A DNA stretch of 64,000 nt from assembly GCA_963743755.1 (NCBI GenBank), contig CAVUQU010000003.1, positions 382,408-446,407 on the forward strand, in the 5' to 3' direction. The notes under the pieces were generated by a model. That model saw only the letters and a program-made list of their open reading frames with translations. It was not told where the DNA came from and searched no databases. A program made the translations under genes and the position numbers. Source of the DNA: an uncultured bacterium (GTDB lineage Bacteria; Acidobacteriota; Aminicenantia; Aminicenantales; Saccharicenantaceae). How positions within the stretch are numbered: position 1 is the stretch's first letter; each line of letters starts with the position of its first letter. Shown in pieces: positions 1 through 12,360 of the stretch.

Positions 1-792
<792 letters not shown>

Positions 793-807
793 GGGGGCCG
801 ACGGCCG

Positions 808-3258
808 TCAGGCGACTGCAGGAGCGTTCTTCTTCGACGACTTGTCCTGGTACATCCTCCCGTCCGCCTGGGCCAGGAGCTCCTCGAGCGAGACGGGCCT
901 GTCGGGTTCGTAGCGGGCGATCCCCAGGCTGAAGGAGACCGGATACGCGACGTCGGGGCGGGCGTTCCTGGTCTGGACTCTCTCGCGGAGGCGGCGGGCG
1001 AGGGCCGTCCCCTTGCCCTCGGCGACATCGATGGCCAGGACGACGAACTCGTCCCCGCCCAGCCGGGCGATGATGTCGGAATCGCGGAAGACCTCCCGCA
1101 GCAGGTCGGCGGCCGCGACGAGGGCGGCGTCCCCTTCCTTGTGGCCGAAGGCATCGTTGACCTTCTTGAGATCGTCGAGATCGGCGTAGAAGAGGGACAT
1201 CTCCTTCTTGGTCCGGTGGGCCACCTTGATCTGCTGCTCGGCCAGGGTCATGAAGCCGCGGCGGTTGTAGACCCGGGTCAGCTCGTCGACGAGCGACATC
1301 TCCCTCAGCGCATCCTCGGTCCGGGTGCGCTGGACGGCGATGGCATAGAGGGCGGCCAGACGCTCGACCGCCTTGAGGTCCCGCTCGACGTAGGGCTCCT
1401 CCGCGTTGGCGACGACGATCAAACCGACGATCTTCCCGGACATCAGGGCGGGCACCGCCAGGAATTGGCGGACGGGGATGTGCCACTCGGGCATGCCGGA
1501 GAAGCGCGGGTCCAGGCTGGTCATGTTGGTCAGGATGGGCCTCTGCTTCTCGAGGATCCAGCGCCACATCCCGGAGTTCCCGTGGAGGGCGCCGTCCCCC
1601 CCGGGGAATTCGGACAGGAGCTCGCGGGCGTCCGGGGTCAGGGCCGCCGGGGCGAGCCGCCGGGTCTGTTCCCCGACGATGCCGACGAAGGCGGTGGCGC
1701 TCGAGGTCAGCCGGCGGGCGTGCTCCAGGACGACGGCCGACATCTCCTCGATCGGGGTTGGGGACAGCAGCCGTTCCGAGACGTCGCCGACCGAGGCCTG
1801 GAGCCGCACGTCCCAGGAGTGCTCCTCCTCCATCTGCTTCTTGCGGGTGATGTCCTCGATGATCCCGTCGTAGAACAGGACGTTGCCCCGCGAGTCCTTG
1901 GCCGCCCGGGAGGAATCCTTGGCCCAGAACAGCGTGCCGTTGCTGCGCCGGAGCTGTGTTTCGAAGATCTCGACCAGGGAGCTCGAATCGAGCACGGCCT
2001 GCCAGCTTTCCCGGTCGCGGGGATCGTGGTGGATGTCCCAGAAGCTGACCGCCTTGAGGGCCTGGACGTCGGGATAGCCGAGCATGCGGGCCAAGGTCGG
2101 CGCGGCATCGAGGATCTGGCCCTGGGGGGTCGTCCGGTAGAGACCGAGGGGATAGTGGAAGATCCGGGTCATCTTCTCTTCGCCGGCCGCGAGGGCGGCT
2201 TCGGCCTCGACGGCCCGATCGCGTTCCTGGGCGAGGGCCCGGAGCGTCCGAACGTTCATCAGGGCCAGGCCGGAGATGCGGGCCAGCCCGAGGGCCAGGT
2301 TGAGATCGTGGTCGCGCCGTTCCGGGCTGCCGAATCCCGTCAACTCGACGATCCCCAGAAGTTCCCGGTCGTGGGCGACCTTGAGGAAGACGGTCCGGCG
2401 GTCGTCGGTCCAGGCGTAGTCCGCATTGAGCCCGACGATCCGGTCGACGGGAGAGCCCTCGGGTCCCGGCACGTCGATCAGGGACTCCGCGGCGTGGAGG
2501 ACGACCTCGCGGGGCGAGAGGAGGACGCGGAAGAGCTCCAGGACGCCGGCCCGGGCATCGGCCGCGGTCTTGACGCCGGTCACGGCGCCGATGAGCTGTC
2601 CGATCCGGGCGTAATCGGACATCTGCTGCCTCGCGCCGGCCAGGCGGTCCTCGACCGACGCTTTTTCCATCTCCACGCGCCAGGACAGGGCGATGCGGAG
2701 CAGGTTGAGCCGGTAGTGCTCCAACCCGACGTGAAAGACTTCGTGCGGGAGCCGCAGAAACCGCGCGAACGCTTTGAGCTCGCGGTCGATCCCGGGATGG
2801 ATCCCCGTGTCGAGCAGGACGACCTTCCGGGCGAGCTCGCGGAAGAAGGCCTGGGCGGACTTACGGTCGGACGGCCAGCGGGCGTCGACGTGCGCCTCCC
2901 AGTCCCGAAGCCAGCCCGGCAGGACGAGGAGCGCGCCGTCCTGGAGGAACCGGTCGAGAACCTCCTTGTCGGCGAGCCATTCGAAACACTGGCTCTTCTG
3001 ATGGAGCCGGCTGACACCTTCGAGCCCGAGGTCCTTCGCCGGGCGGGTCAGGCAGTAGCCGCCGACCAGGGCGACCGGGCAGCCGTCCTTGCGGCACGAG
3101 GCGACGGCCTCGCCGAGCCCGGGCCAGGGCGCTTCGACCAGATCGCAATCGACGGGGTGGAGGCGGAAGCGGACGTCCTGGAGATCGGGAGAGGATTGGA
3201 CGGCCAGGATCTCTCTGTCGAAATTCGCGCAGGTGATCAAACAGAGCTTATTGGCCAT
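808..3258 (-). CDS. Multi-sensor diguanylate cyclase (DUF1638-like N-terminus, GAF-like, PAS, GAF, GGDEF)
   Basis: 816-aa ORF; C-terminal DELTRVYNRRGF...DDLKKVNDAFGHKEGD...RDSDIIARLGGDEF with intact RxxD I-site; PAS-like region GLYRTTPQGQIL...GIIEDIT. Confidence 0.9.
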   Translation of the reverse strand: MANKLCLITCANFDREILAVQSSPDLQDVRFRLHPVDCDLVEAPWPGLGEAVASCRKDGCPVALVGGYCLTRPAKDLGLEGVSRLHQKSQCFEWLADKEVLDRFLQDGALLVLPGWLRDWEAHVDARWPSDRKSAQAFFRELARKVVLLDTGIHPGIDRELKAFARFLRLPHEVFHVGLEHYRLNLLRIALSWRVEMEKASVEDRLAGARQQMSDYARIGQLIGAVTGVKTAADARAGVLELFRVLLSPREVVLHAAESLIDVPGPEGSPVDRIVGLNADYAWTDDRRTVFLKVAHDRELLGIVELTGFGSPERRDHDLNLALGLARISGLALMNVRTLRALAQERDRAVEAEAALAAGEEKMTRIFHYPLGLYRTTPQGQILDAAPTLARMLGYPDVQALKAVSFWDIHHDPRDRESWQAVLDSSSLVEIFETQLRRSNGTLFWAKDSSRAAKDSRGNVLFYDGIIEDITRKKQMEEEHSWDVRLQASVGDVSERLLSPTPIEEMSAVVLEHARRLTSSATAFVGIVGEQTRRLAPAALTPDARELLSEFPGGDGALHGNSGMWRWILEKQRPILTNMTSLDPRFSGMPEWHIPVRQFLAVPALMSGKIVGLIVVANAEEPYVERDLKAVERLAALYAIAVQRTRTEDALREMSLVDELTRVYNRRGFMTLAEQQIKVAHRTKKEMSLFYADLDDLKKVNDAFGHKEGDAALVAAADLLREVFRDSDIIARLGGDEFVVLAIDVAEGKGTALARRLRERVQTRNARPDVAYPVSFSLGIARYEPDRPVSLEELLAQADGRMYQDKSSKKNAPAVA

Positions 3259-3308
3259 TCGCGGCGTACCGTATACCCTATTTAAGTGTCCTGTTTATGA
3301 ACATAGCA

Positions 3309-3338
3309 ATTATAGCATAAAATATATTAGTAAGTCAA
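3309..3338 (-). promoter_or_regulatory. Near-consensus sigma70 promoter for the diguanylate cyclase
   Basis: Minus strand TTGACT-N18-TATAAT with extended -10 (TGc), inside an AT-rich intergenic tract about 50 nt upstream of the ATG. Confidence 0.7.
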
Positions 3339-3619
3339 GCATTATGATATAGATGACAATATTTATATGTCCCATTACGATACATTGTATTTATTGCCGC
3401 ATTCCTAATTTATTTATAATTAATTAGATATATCTACAGCCGATCGAGGCGGAAATTTGGCTAGATGAATCGAGCAACAAAGACTAATCCCTGGAAGCCC
3501 GGGCTGATCCGGCGCAGGTCTATCGCGCGGCCGGCGAAAAGCGGGTTGGCAAAACCGCAGGGTTGTTTTAGAATGGACCCGTGTCCGGCCGAAGGTTCCA
3601 CCGGCCGGTCGGAGGAACC

Positions 3620-4387
3620 ATGAAAAATCCTACCGCACCTGTCATCGGAGTTATCCTGCTGGCGGCGCTGGCGGCCGCGGCCCAGCCCGGACAAAAGGCC
3701 CCGGGCCCGGCCGGGAACAAAGAAGCTCTGGCCGTCCTCAACAGGATGATCGAGGCGATGGGCGGACGCAAGGCGCTCGAGGCGATCAAAGACATGACGG
3801 TCACGGGGACCGTTGAAGCGCCTGAGATCGGTTTGACCTCCCTCTTCGTCCTCTACCAGAAAGAGCCCGACAAGATGCGGATGGACATCACCGTGGCCGA
3901 GGCCGCCACGACCATCACCCAGGCTTTCGACGGCCGGAGGGGGTGGGGAACGGACGCGCGGACGATGAGACCGGAGGAGATGCCCGAGGGCGAGTCCCGG
4001 GACGTGTCGCACAAGGCCCTCGGGAACGCGGCGCTCCTCGACCCCCGATCGCTCGGCGTCACTTACGCCCTGAAACCCAAGCAAAGCCTGGGAGACAGGG
4101 ACTACATCGTCCTCGAACAGACGCTCGCCGACGGGCACAAGACCGTGTACTTCCTCGATCCCGAAACCCACCTGCCGGCCCGGCTCTCGACACGGACCCT
4201 CGATCCGGCCGGGGCCGATGCCGACGCGGAGACCGTGTTCTCCGACTACCGGGAGTTCTGCGGCACCCGGATCGCCTGCTCTTCCAGGACGCTGCGCGGC
4301 GGGAAGGAAGTACAGAGGCTGACCATTACCGGCGTGACCTGCAACTCCGGGCTCGACGACTCCCTCTTCGAGCTCAAGCCTCGCTGA
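3620..4387 (+). CDS. Exported LolA-like / outer-membrane lipoprotein-sorting-type protein
   Basis: GGAGG RBS before ATG 3620; signal peptide; pattern AMGGRKALEAIKDM...PDKMRMD...FDG..GW...FSDYRE...NSGLDDSLFE. Confidence 0.55.
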   Translation: MKNPTAPVIGVILLAALAAAAQPGQKAPGPAGNKEALAVLNRMIEAMGGRKALEAIKDMTVTGTVEAPEIGLTSLFVLYQKEPDKMRMDITVAEAATTITQAFDGRRGWGTDARTMRPEEMPEGESRDVSHKALGNAALLDPRSLGVTYALKPKQSLGDRDYIVLEQTLADGHKTVYFLDPETHLPARLSTRTLDPAGADADAETVFSDYREFCGTRIACSSRTLRGGKEVQRLTITGVTCNSGLDDSLFELKPR

Positions 4388-4410
4388 TCAGGACGGCCAA
4401 GTCGGGAGGA

Positions 4411-4866
4411 TCAGATCCGGGCGGCCTTGAGATCGGCGAGGTCGAGCACGGAGGCAAAGATCTCCGCTTCCGCGGCCAGCTCGTCCATCACGAAGGCCTT
4501 GCCCTTCATCTGGAGGATGCGGCCCTTTTCCCGGGTCCACTCGACGTCCAGCCGGAGCTGGTCGCCGGGGACGACCATCCGCTTGAACTTGGCCTTGTCG
4601 ACCTTGCTCAGGACGACGAACTTCGTCTCCGGGTCGGGGATCGAGCCGAAGAGGAGGACCGCTCCGGCCTGGGCCATGGCCTCGACGATGAGGACGCCCG
4701 GCATGATCTTCCATTCCGGGAAGTGACCCTGGAAGAACTGCTCGTTGCAGGTGACGTTCTTCAGGGCGACGATGTTCTTGCGCGGGACCAGGTCGACGAC
4801 GCGGTCGACCAGCAGGAAGGGGAAGCGGTGCGGCAGGAACCGCATGATCTCTTCGACCGTGATCAC
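4411..4866 (-). CDS. fabZ: 3-hydroxyacyl-ACP dehydratase FabZ
   Basis: LPHRFPFLLVDRV, FFQGHFP, MPGVLIVEAMAQ motifs. Confidence 0.97.
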   Translation of the reverse strand: MITVEEIMRFLPHRFPFLLVDRVVDLVPRKNIVALKNVTCNEQFFQGHFPEWKIMPGVLIVEAMAQAGAVLLFGSIPDPETKFVVLSKVDKAKFKRMVVPGDQLRLDVEWTREKGRILQMKGKAFVMDELAAEAEIFASVLDLADLKAARI

Positions 4867-4885
4867 GGCACGCCCTCGCCCGAAG

Positions 4886-5425
4886 CTACTTCTTGGCCGG
4901 CGCCGCTTTCTGGGCGTCGTAGCGCTGGATGATCTCGGCGGTCAGATCGAGCGCGGGGGTGAAATACACGGCCCCGCCCTTGACCACGTCGAAGATGAGG
5001 TCGAGCCCCTTGTCCTTGCGGAACTGCTCGATGATGGGGATGAGGTCGCTCTGTATCCTCTCGAGCGTCCTCGCCTGGAGCTCCTGGAAGCCGCGCGAGG
5101 CGTCCTCGATGGCCCGTTGACGCTCGGTCTGCTTCTTCTGGATGTCGGTCTGGAGGGCCAGGGCCGCCTCGGGCGTCAGGGTCGTCCGCTGGGTGCTCAG
5201 GCGGTTCTGGAGCTGCTTGATCTGGTCGTCCAGCCGGGCGATGTCGTCGGCGTATTTCTTGTCCGCCGCCTGGACCTGGGCCAGCGCCTTCTTGCCCTCG
5301 ACGGACTTTTCCAGGATCTCCTGGGAATTGAGCATGCCCATTTTGCTGTCCTGAGCAAGCGCCAGTCCGGAGAGCCCGGCCGCGGCCAGGACGACGAGCG
5401 CGAGCGTACGGATGTGTCGTTTCAT
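4886..5425 (-). CDS. skp: OmpH/Skp periplasmic chaperone
   Basis: Signal peptide, coiled-coil body, C-terminal DLTAEIIQRYD; lies downstream of bamA. Confidence 0.9.
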   Translation of the reverse strand: MKRHIRTLALVVLAAAGLSGLALAQDSKMGMLNSQEILEKSVEGKKALAQVQAADKKYADDIARLDDQIKQLQNRLSTQRTTLTPEAALALQTDIQKKQTERQRAIEDASRGFQELQARTLERIQSDLIPIIEQFRKDKGLDLIFDVVKGGAVYFTPALDLTAEIIQRYDAQKAAPAKK

Positions 5426-5438
5426 GCGAGGAACCTCC

Positions 5439-7757
5439 CTAGAATGTCGTGCCGACGGCGAAACGGAACGCGAAGTCCGGGTCGGTCGAGTAGACTTTCT
5501 TGTTGTTGTAGGAAAAGATCAGACGGAACGGCACCCGCAGGGCGGGGATGAAGAGCCGGGCCTCGAGGCCCATCGAGGAGTACATGTTCCCCCACCGGAG
5601 CTTGTCTGTGTAATCGATGGCGTTGCCCCGGTCGTAGAAGAAGATCGCGTAGAGCGGGCCGCCGACGGGGATGATGTATTCCGCGTTGAGGACGAGGGAC
5701 TCGGTGCCGCCGACATTGTAGCCGTTTTCGTCGACGGGCCCGATGCTGTAGACCTCGTAGCCGCGGATGGACCGCTCGCCGCCGAGGAAGGTCCGCTCCC
5801 AGTAGGGGATCTGCGAGCCCCTGAGCGCCTTGATGACCTGGTACTGGGCGTGGACGCCGATGACGTGGGCCTTGGACCCCCGGCCGATGACCGGCTGGTA
5901 GTGGGTGAACTCGAGCATCGGCTTGAGCAGGAAGACGTCGCCGCTGAGGAAGGGGAAGGCGTACTTGAGGGCCGCCGAGTACAGCGTCCCGCGGGTCGGG
6001 GTCAGAGGGCTGTCGATCGTCGACCGGTAGAGCATCGGCGTGATCGAGCTCATGTTGTACTTCTGGTTGCTGTAGTACTGGTAATAGGACGTGGGCAGGT
6101 TGAACTCTTCGCTGTCCGAGACGGTCATCTTGACGTTCTCGAAGTTGTAGACCAGGTTGGCCCGCCACATCCCCCAGAGCCGCGCGCCCAGGCTGAGGTC
6201 GATGCCCGCGCCCTTCCGCCAGAACCAGGGGTAGTGGAGGTCGCGCTTGTAGACGTTGAAGCCGGCGGTGATGGGCTTGTCGAAGACGTACGGCTCGGAG
6301 AAGCCGAAGGAGTAGTTCTTGACGAGCTTGCCCTGCTGGATGCCGAGCTCCAGGGTCTCCCCCGCCCCGAGGAAATTGACCGTGGAGTAGCTGAAGGCGA
6401 CGAAGGTCCCCTCGTACCCGCTGTAGCCGGCCGTGAACTGGATGTTGTTCCTCTGGAGCTCCTTGACGTTGACCTGGACGTCCATCTTGGTCGGGTCGGT
6501 CGGGTCCGGCTTGATGTCCGGGTCCTTCTCGAGGTCGACCAGGCCGAGCTGTTTGATCCGGAGGATGCTGTTCTTGAACATGCCCAGGCTGAAGCGGTCG
6601 CCCTCGCGAAGCATCATCTCCCGGCGGATGACCTTGTCCTTGGTGTAGTTGTTGCCGCGGAACTCGAGCCGGTTGAGGTAGGCGATCTCGCCCTCGGCCA
6701 CGTTGAGCGTGAGGTTGACGACCTTCCTCTTGGGATCGAGGTTCTCGACGGGGATGACCTGGACGTAAACGAAGCCGCCGTCGCGAAAGACCTCGGAGAT
6801 GTCCTCGGCCGATTTCTCCCGGACCTTGGTGCTGTAGACGTCGCCGGTCTCGAGCTTGATCAGGGAGCGGAGGTACTTGACGTTCAGGGTCTTGCTGCCC
6901 TCGATCTTGATCTCGCCGGTGCGGTAGAGATACCCCGGCGTCACGGGGAAGACCAGCCGCATCATCTTCTGCTTCTTGAAGACGACCGACCGCTTCACGA
7001 ACTCCTCGGTCCGGGGCTGTCCGACCGAGGCCTCCATGTAGCCCATCTCCTGATATCTCTTGCGGAGGAGATCGACGCTCTCCTCGACCTTGTTCGCCTT
7101 GTAGACGTCCTTGCCGGCGATGAAGTTGAAGAGGCTGTGGGGCCGGTTGTCCTTCAGGGCCCAGGTCAGGTTGCCCGCCGGGATCTTGGCCGCGCCCTCG
7201 AAGACGACGTCCCCGACGCGGACCTTGGGCCCTTCGTCGACCCGGATCTGGACGTCCACCTCGTTCTTGCCCTGCTTGACGACCTCCGCCTCGATCTTCG
7301 AGGCCAGGAGGCCTTTCTCGAACAGGAGGTCCGTGATGGTGTCCTTGATGCGCTGGACCTTGTAGGGGCTGTAGTAGGAGTAGGGCAGGATCGACTGGTC
7401 CTTCTCCTTGAGCTTGTCGACGATGTCCTTTTCCTTGACCTTCTTGCCGGTCTTGTAGGTGACGGCCCGGACGACGGGGGCCTCCTCGACAGTGATCTTG
7501 AGGATCTTGCCCCGCGCTCCCGTCGATTCTTCCAAAATGATGTTGGAGAAGAAGCCGGTCGACCAGAGGACGCGGAAGTCCCGGCGGAACCGGTCGGCCT
7601 CGTAGGGATCCCCTTCCCGGGAGGACAGGTAGTAGAGGATGGTCTCGACCGTCACGCGGTCGTTGCCGGTGATCTCGATCTTCTCCAGGATCTCCTGGGC
7701 GGCCAGGAACCCGGGGAGGAGGAGCAGGACGAGGGCGACGGCGAGCTTTTTCTTCAT
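5439..7757 (-). CDS. bamA: Outer membrane protein assembly factor BamA
   Basis: POTRA repeats (IEITGNDRV; FRGNNYTKDKVIRREM), GGERSIRGY loop, C-terminal FAVGTTF. Confidence 0.95.
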   Translation of the reverse strand: MKKKLAVALVLLLLPGFLAAQEILEKIEITGNDRVTVETILYYLSSREGDPYEADRFRRDFRVLWSTGFFSNIILEESTGARGKILKITVEEAPVVRAVTYKTGKKVKEKDIVDKLKEKDQSILPYSYYSPYKVQRIKDTITDLLFEKGLLASKIEAEVVKQGKNEVDVQIRVDEGPKVRVGDVVFEGAAKIPAGNLTWALKDNRPHSLFNFIAGKDVYKANKVEESVDLLRKRYQEMGYMEASVGQPRTEEFVKRSVVFKKQKMMRLVFPVTPGYLYRTGEIKIEGSKTLNVKYLRSLIKLETGDVYSTKVREKSAEDISEVFRDGGFVYVQVIPVENLDPKRKVVNLTLNVAEGEIAYLNRLEFRGNNYTKDKVIRREMMLREGDRFSLGMFKNSILRIKQLGLVDLEKDPDIKPDPTDPTKMDVQVNVKELQRNNIQFTAGYSGYEGTFVAFSYSTVNFLGAGETLELGIQQGKLVKNYSFGFSEPYVFDKPITAGFNVYKRDLHYPWFWRKGAGIDLSLGARLWGMWRANLVYNFENVKMTVSDSEEFNLPTSYYQYYSNQKYNMSSITPMLYRSTIDSPLTPTRGTLYSAALKYAFPFLSGDVFLLKPMLEFTHYQPVIGRGSKAHVIGVHAQYQVIKALRGSQIPYWERTFLGGERSIRGYEVYSIGPVDENGYNVGGTESLVLNAEYIIPVGGPLYAIFFYDRGNAIDYTDKLRWGNMYSSMGLEARLFIPALRVPFRLIFSYNNKKVYSTDPDFAFRFAVGTTF

Positions 7758-7840
7758 GGACATCCTTCTACCATATACCATAACGACCGGGTCAGGTCAA
7801 AGAGACGGACCGTGGAGCGACCGGAGCCCGCCCACCCCGT

Positions 7841-8537
7841 TCAACGCTCCGGGAGGGCGGTTGGTTTCATCTGGCCCGCCTCCATCATGTAGACGCTGTG
7901 ACAGTAGCGGGCGATCTTCTCGTTGTGGGTGACCAGGATGGAGGACAGCCCCTTCCGTTCGTGGAGGTCGAGGATGAGGCGGAGGACGTTCTCCCCCGTC
8001 TTCCAGTCGAGGTTCCCCGTCGGCTCGTCGGCCAGAAGCAGGCTCGGGCTCGTTGACCAGGGCCCGGGCGATGGCCACACGCTGCTGCTCTCCGCCCGAG
8101 AGCTGGCCCGGCCGGGACGCAGTCTTGTCCTCGAGCCCGACCTCCCGGAGCATCGCCTCCGCGCCGGCGAAAGCGTCCTTCTTCGTCGCCCCGCCGATCA
8201 TCAGGGGGAAGGAGACGTTCTCGAGGGCGGTGAACTCGGGCAGGAGGTGGTAGACCTGGAAGACGAACCCGATCTTGCGGTTTCGGACGGCGGCGATCTC
8301 CCGGTCGGACCCGGCGAAGAGGTTCCCGCCGTCGAGCAGGACCCGGCCGGCCGAGGGCCGGTCGAGGCCGCCGAGAAGGTTGAGCAGGGTCGTCTTCCCG
8401 ACGCCGGAAGCCCCCATCACGGCCGCGAGCTCGCCGCGCCGGAGCACGAAGTCGAGGCCCTCGAAGACGCACAGGTCCCCCTTCGGGAGGGGATAGGACT
8501 TCCCCAGGCCTTCGGCGACGAGGACGAGGTCACTCAT
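7841..8537 (-). CDS. lolD: Lipoprotein-releasing ABC transporter ATP-binding protein (frameshift near 8040)
   Basis: GASGVGKTT Walker A and [15 protein letters not shown]; continuation [12 protein letters not shown] is in the adjacent frame. Confidence 0.88.
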
Positions 8538-9746
8538 ATTTCAACGCCACCACAGGATCGGTCTTGGCCGCGCGGCGGGCCGGGAACAGCGTCGAGACGA
8601 AACTGATGAGCAGCGTGACGCCCACGATCGCGGCGAGGTCGAGGGGTCTCATCCGGAACGGGACGTAGGAGATCTGGTAGATGTCGACGGGGATCTTGAT
8701 GAGCTCGAACGTGTTGGCCAGAGCGCACCAGCCGAGGCCGAGGAGGACGCCGAGGGCGGTGCCGATGACGCCGATGAGCGCGCCCTGGTAGAAGAAGATC
8801 CGGTTGATCGTCCGGGGCGTCGCCCCGATGGCCATGAGGATGCCGATGTCGCGGGTCTTCTCCATGACCATCAGGATGAGCGTGGCGATGATGTTCAGGG
8901 CGGCCACGATGACGATCAGCGTGATGGTCAGGAACATGATGTTCTTCTCCAGCTTCAGGGCGGAGAAGAGGGACTTGTTGAGCTCCATCCAGGTCGTGAT
9001 GTAGACGACGGGCGGCAGGACGGCCTTGATCCGGTCCCCCAGGGCCGGGGCGTCGAAGATGTCGGCCAGCTTGACCTGGATGTAGCTGGCCCGGCCCTCG
9101 AGGCCGAAGAGCCTCTGGGCGACCGCGATCGAAGCCAGGGCGGTCGAGCTGTCGAATTCGTAGAGGCCGGTGTTGAAGATGCCGGCGACCTGGAACCGCT
9201 TGCGCTTGGGCATGAGCCCCAGCGGCGACAGCGTCGACGAAGCCGTCACGATGTCGACGACATCGCCAGGCTGGGCGCCGATCTTCAAGGCCAGCTCGCG
9301 CCCGAGGAGGAGGCCGTCGCGCGGCCCGGACCCGTCCGGGATCCGCCCCGATTCGAGCTTCTGGAGCCAGGCCGAGCCCGGCCGTTCCCGTTCGAAGTCG
9401 ATACCTTTGACCAGGGCCCCCGAGCTTTCGCCGATCCCGGTGATGAGCACGGTGTTGTAGACGACGGGGCTCGCGGACTCGACCCCCGGCAGGCCCCGGA
9501 TCTTGTCGGCCATGGCCTCGTAGTCGGCCAGGCCCTCGCCCCCGAGGTCGGAGACCATGACGTGGGAGGTGGCCCCCAGGATCTTGTCCTGGACGTCGCT
9601 CTGGAACCCGGTGATCAGGGCGATGGCGATGACCAGGGCGGCGACGCCGATGGCGATGCCGCCGACGGAGATCATCGTGATGACGGAGATGAAGGCCTGC
9701 TTCCGTCTGGCGGTGAGGTAACGGCGGGCGACGAACAGCTCGAAGC

Positions 9747-9750
<4 letters not shown>
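8530..9750 (-). CDS. lolE: Lipoprotein-releasing ABC transporter permease (LolC/LolE family)
   Basis: MSFELFVARRYL...GIAIGVAALVI..., EKTRDIGILMAIGA, C-terminal DPVVALKYE; coupled to lolD. Confidence 0.9.
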
Positions 9751-11246
<1,496 letters not shown>

Positions 11247-11247
11247 G

Positions 11248-11700
11248 CTATCCTTCCTTGACCGGCGGGACCTTGTCCGCGGGATCGGCGGGGGTCCCGG
11301 CCAACCGGCGGCCCACCGCGTCGAGGACGCCGTTGACGAACACCGCCGACTCTTCGCCGCTGTAGCGCTTGGCGATCTCGATGGCCTCGTTCATGACGAT
11401 GGCCGGCCCGAGCGCCGGCTCGTACAGCAGCTCCGCGACGGCGATCCTCAGGATGTTCCGGTCGACGACGGCCATCCGGGCCAGCCGCCAGTTCTTCGAA
11501 GCCGACTGGATGGCCTTGTCGATCGCCTCGCCGTTGTCGAGGATCTTCTCCACGATCCAGGTCCCGTACTCGCGGACCTGTTTCGAAGCGCGCTGGTGCT
11601 CCCAGTAGACCCGGACGAGGTCGCGGGGGTCGCCGGAGTTGAACTCGAACTGGAACAGGATCTGGAGGGCGCACTCCCGCGCCTTGCGGCGTTCTCCCAT
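11248..11700 (-). CDS. nusB: Transcription antitermination factor NusB
   Basis: MGERRKARECALQILF...NWRLARMAVVDRNILR...NEAIEIAKRY...FVNGVLD; follows ribH. Confidence 0.95.
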   Translation of the reverse strand: MGERRKARECALQILFQFEFNSGDPRDLVRVYWEHQRASKQVREYGTWIVEKILDNGEAIDKAIQSASKNWRLARMAVVDRNILRIAVAELLYEPALGPAIVMNEAIEIAKRYSGEESAVFVNGVLDAVGRRLAGTPADPADKVPPVKEG

Positions 11701-11720
11701 GGCGTGGACCGGTCGTCCGC

Positions 11721-12191
11721 TCAGCGGAGGCCCGCCTCCTTGAGCATGTTCAGGGTCTCGACGAGAGAAAAGGCGGCGTCGTAGCCCTTGTTGCCGGCCT
11801 TGGTGCCCGCCCGCTCGATGCCCTGCTCGACCGTGTCGACGGTCAGGATGCCGAAGGCGACGGGGACGCCGTCCTCCATGGCGATCTGGGCCAGTCCCTT
11901 GGTCACCTCCGCGGCGAGGTAGTCGAAGTGGGGCGTGTCGCCGCGGATGAGGGCGCCGACGCAGAGGATGCCGTCGGCCGATTTGGCCTTGGCGATCTTC
12001 TTGGCGACGATCGGGATCTCGAACGAGCCCGGGACCTTGTAGACGGTCAGGTCGGCCTCCTGGGCCCCCGTCTTCTGGAGGGCTTCCAGGGCTCCCTCGA
12101 GCAGGCGCTCGGAGATGAAGCTGTTGAAGCGGCTGACCACGATCGCGATCCTGAACCCCTTGGCCTGGAGCTTGCCTTGATGGATCTTCAT
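11721..12191 (-). CDS. ribH: 6,7-dimethyl-8-ribityllumazine synthase
   Basis: IVVSRFNSFI, VPGSFEIP, IRGDTPHFDY, ERAGTKAGNKG. Confidence 0.97.
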   Translation of the reverse strand: MKIHQGKLQAKGFRIAIVVSRFNSFISERLLEGALEALQKTGAQEADLTVYKVPGSFEIPIVAKKIAKAKSADGILCVGALIRGDTPHFDYLAAEVTKGLAQIAMEDGVPVAFGILTVDTVEQGIERAGTKAGNKGYDAAFSLVETLNMLKEAGLR

Positions 12192-12360
12192 GGACGTCTC
12201 GTCCTCCGTCGCGTTGTGTTGTCCCGGCAATCCGGAGAGGCCCTATTCTACCAGATGTCGGGGCGCAATTCACCATAATCCGGCGCCCCGGACTCGCCGC
12301 CGCGGTCCGAGCGAGCGTTCGGCCTCCGAATATGATAGTTTTGGTCCAGGAGGCGCCGTC

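Noticed and set aside
12192-12360. FMN riboswitch upstream of ribH
   Set aside because: The intergenic region is short and I could not find the conserved RFN motifs
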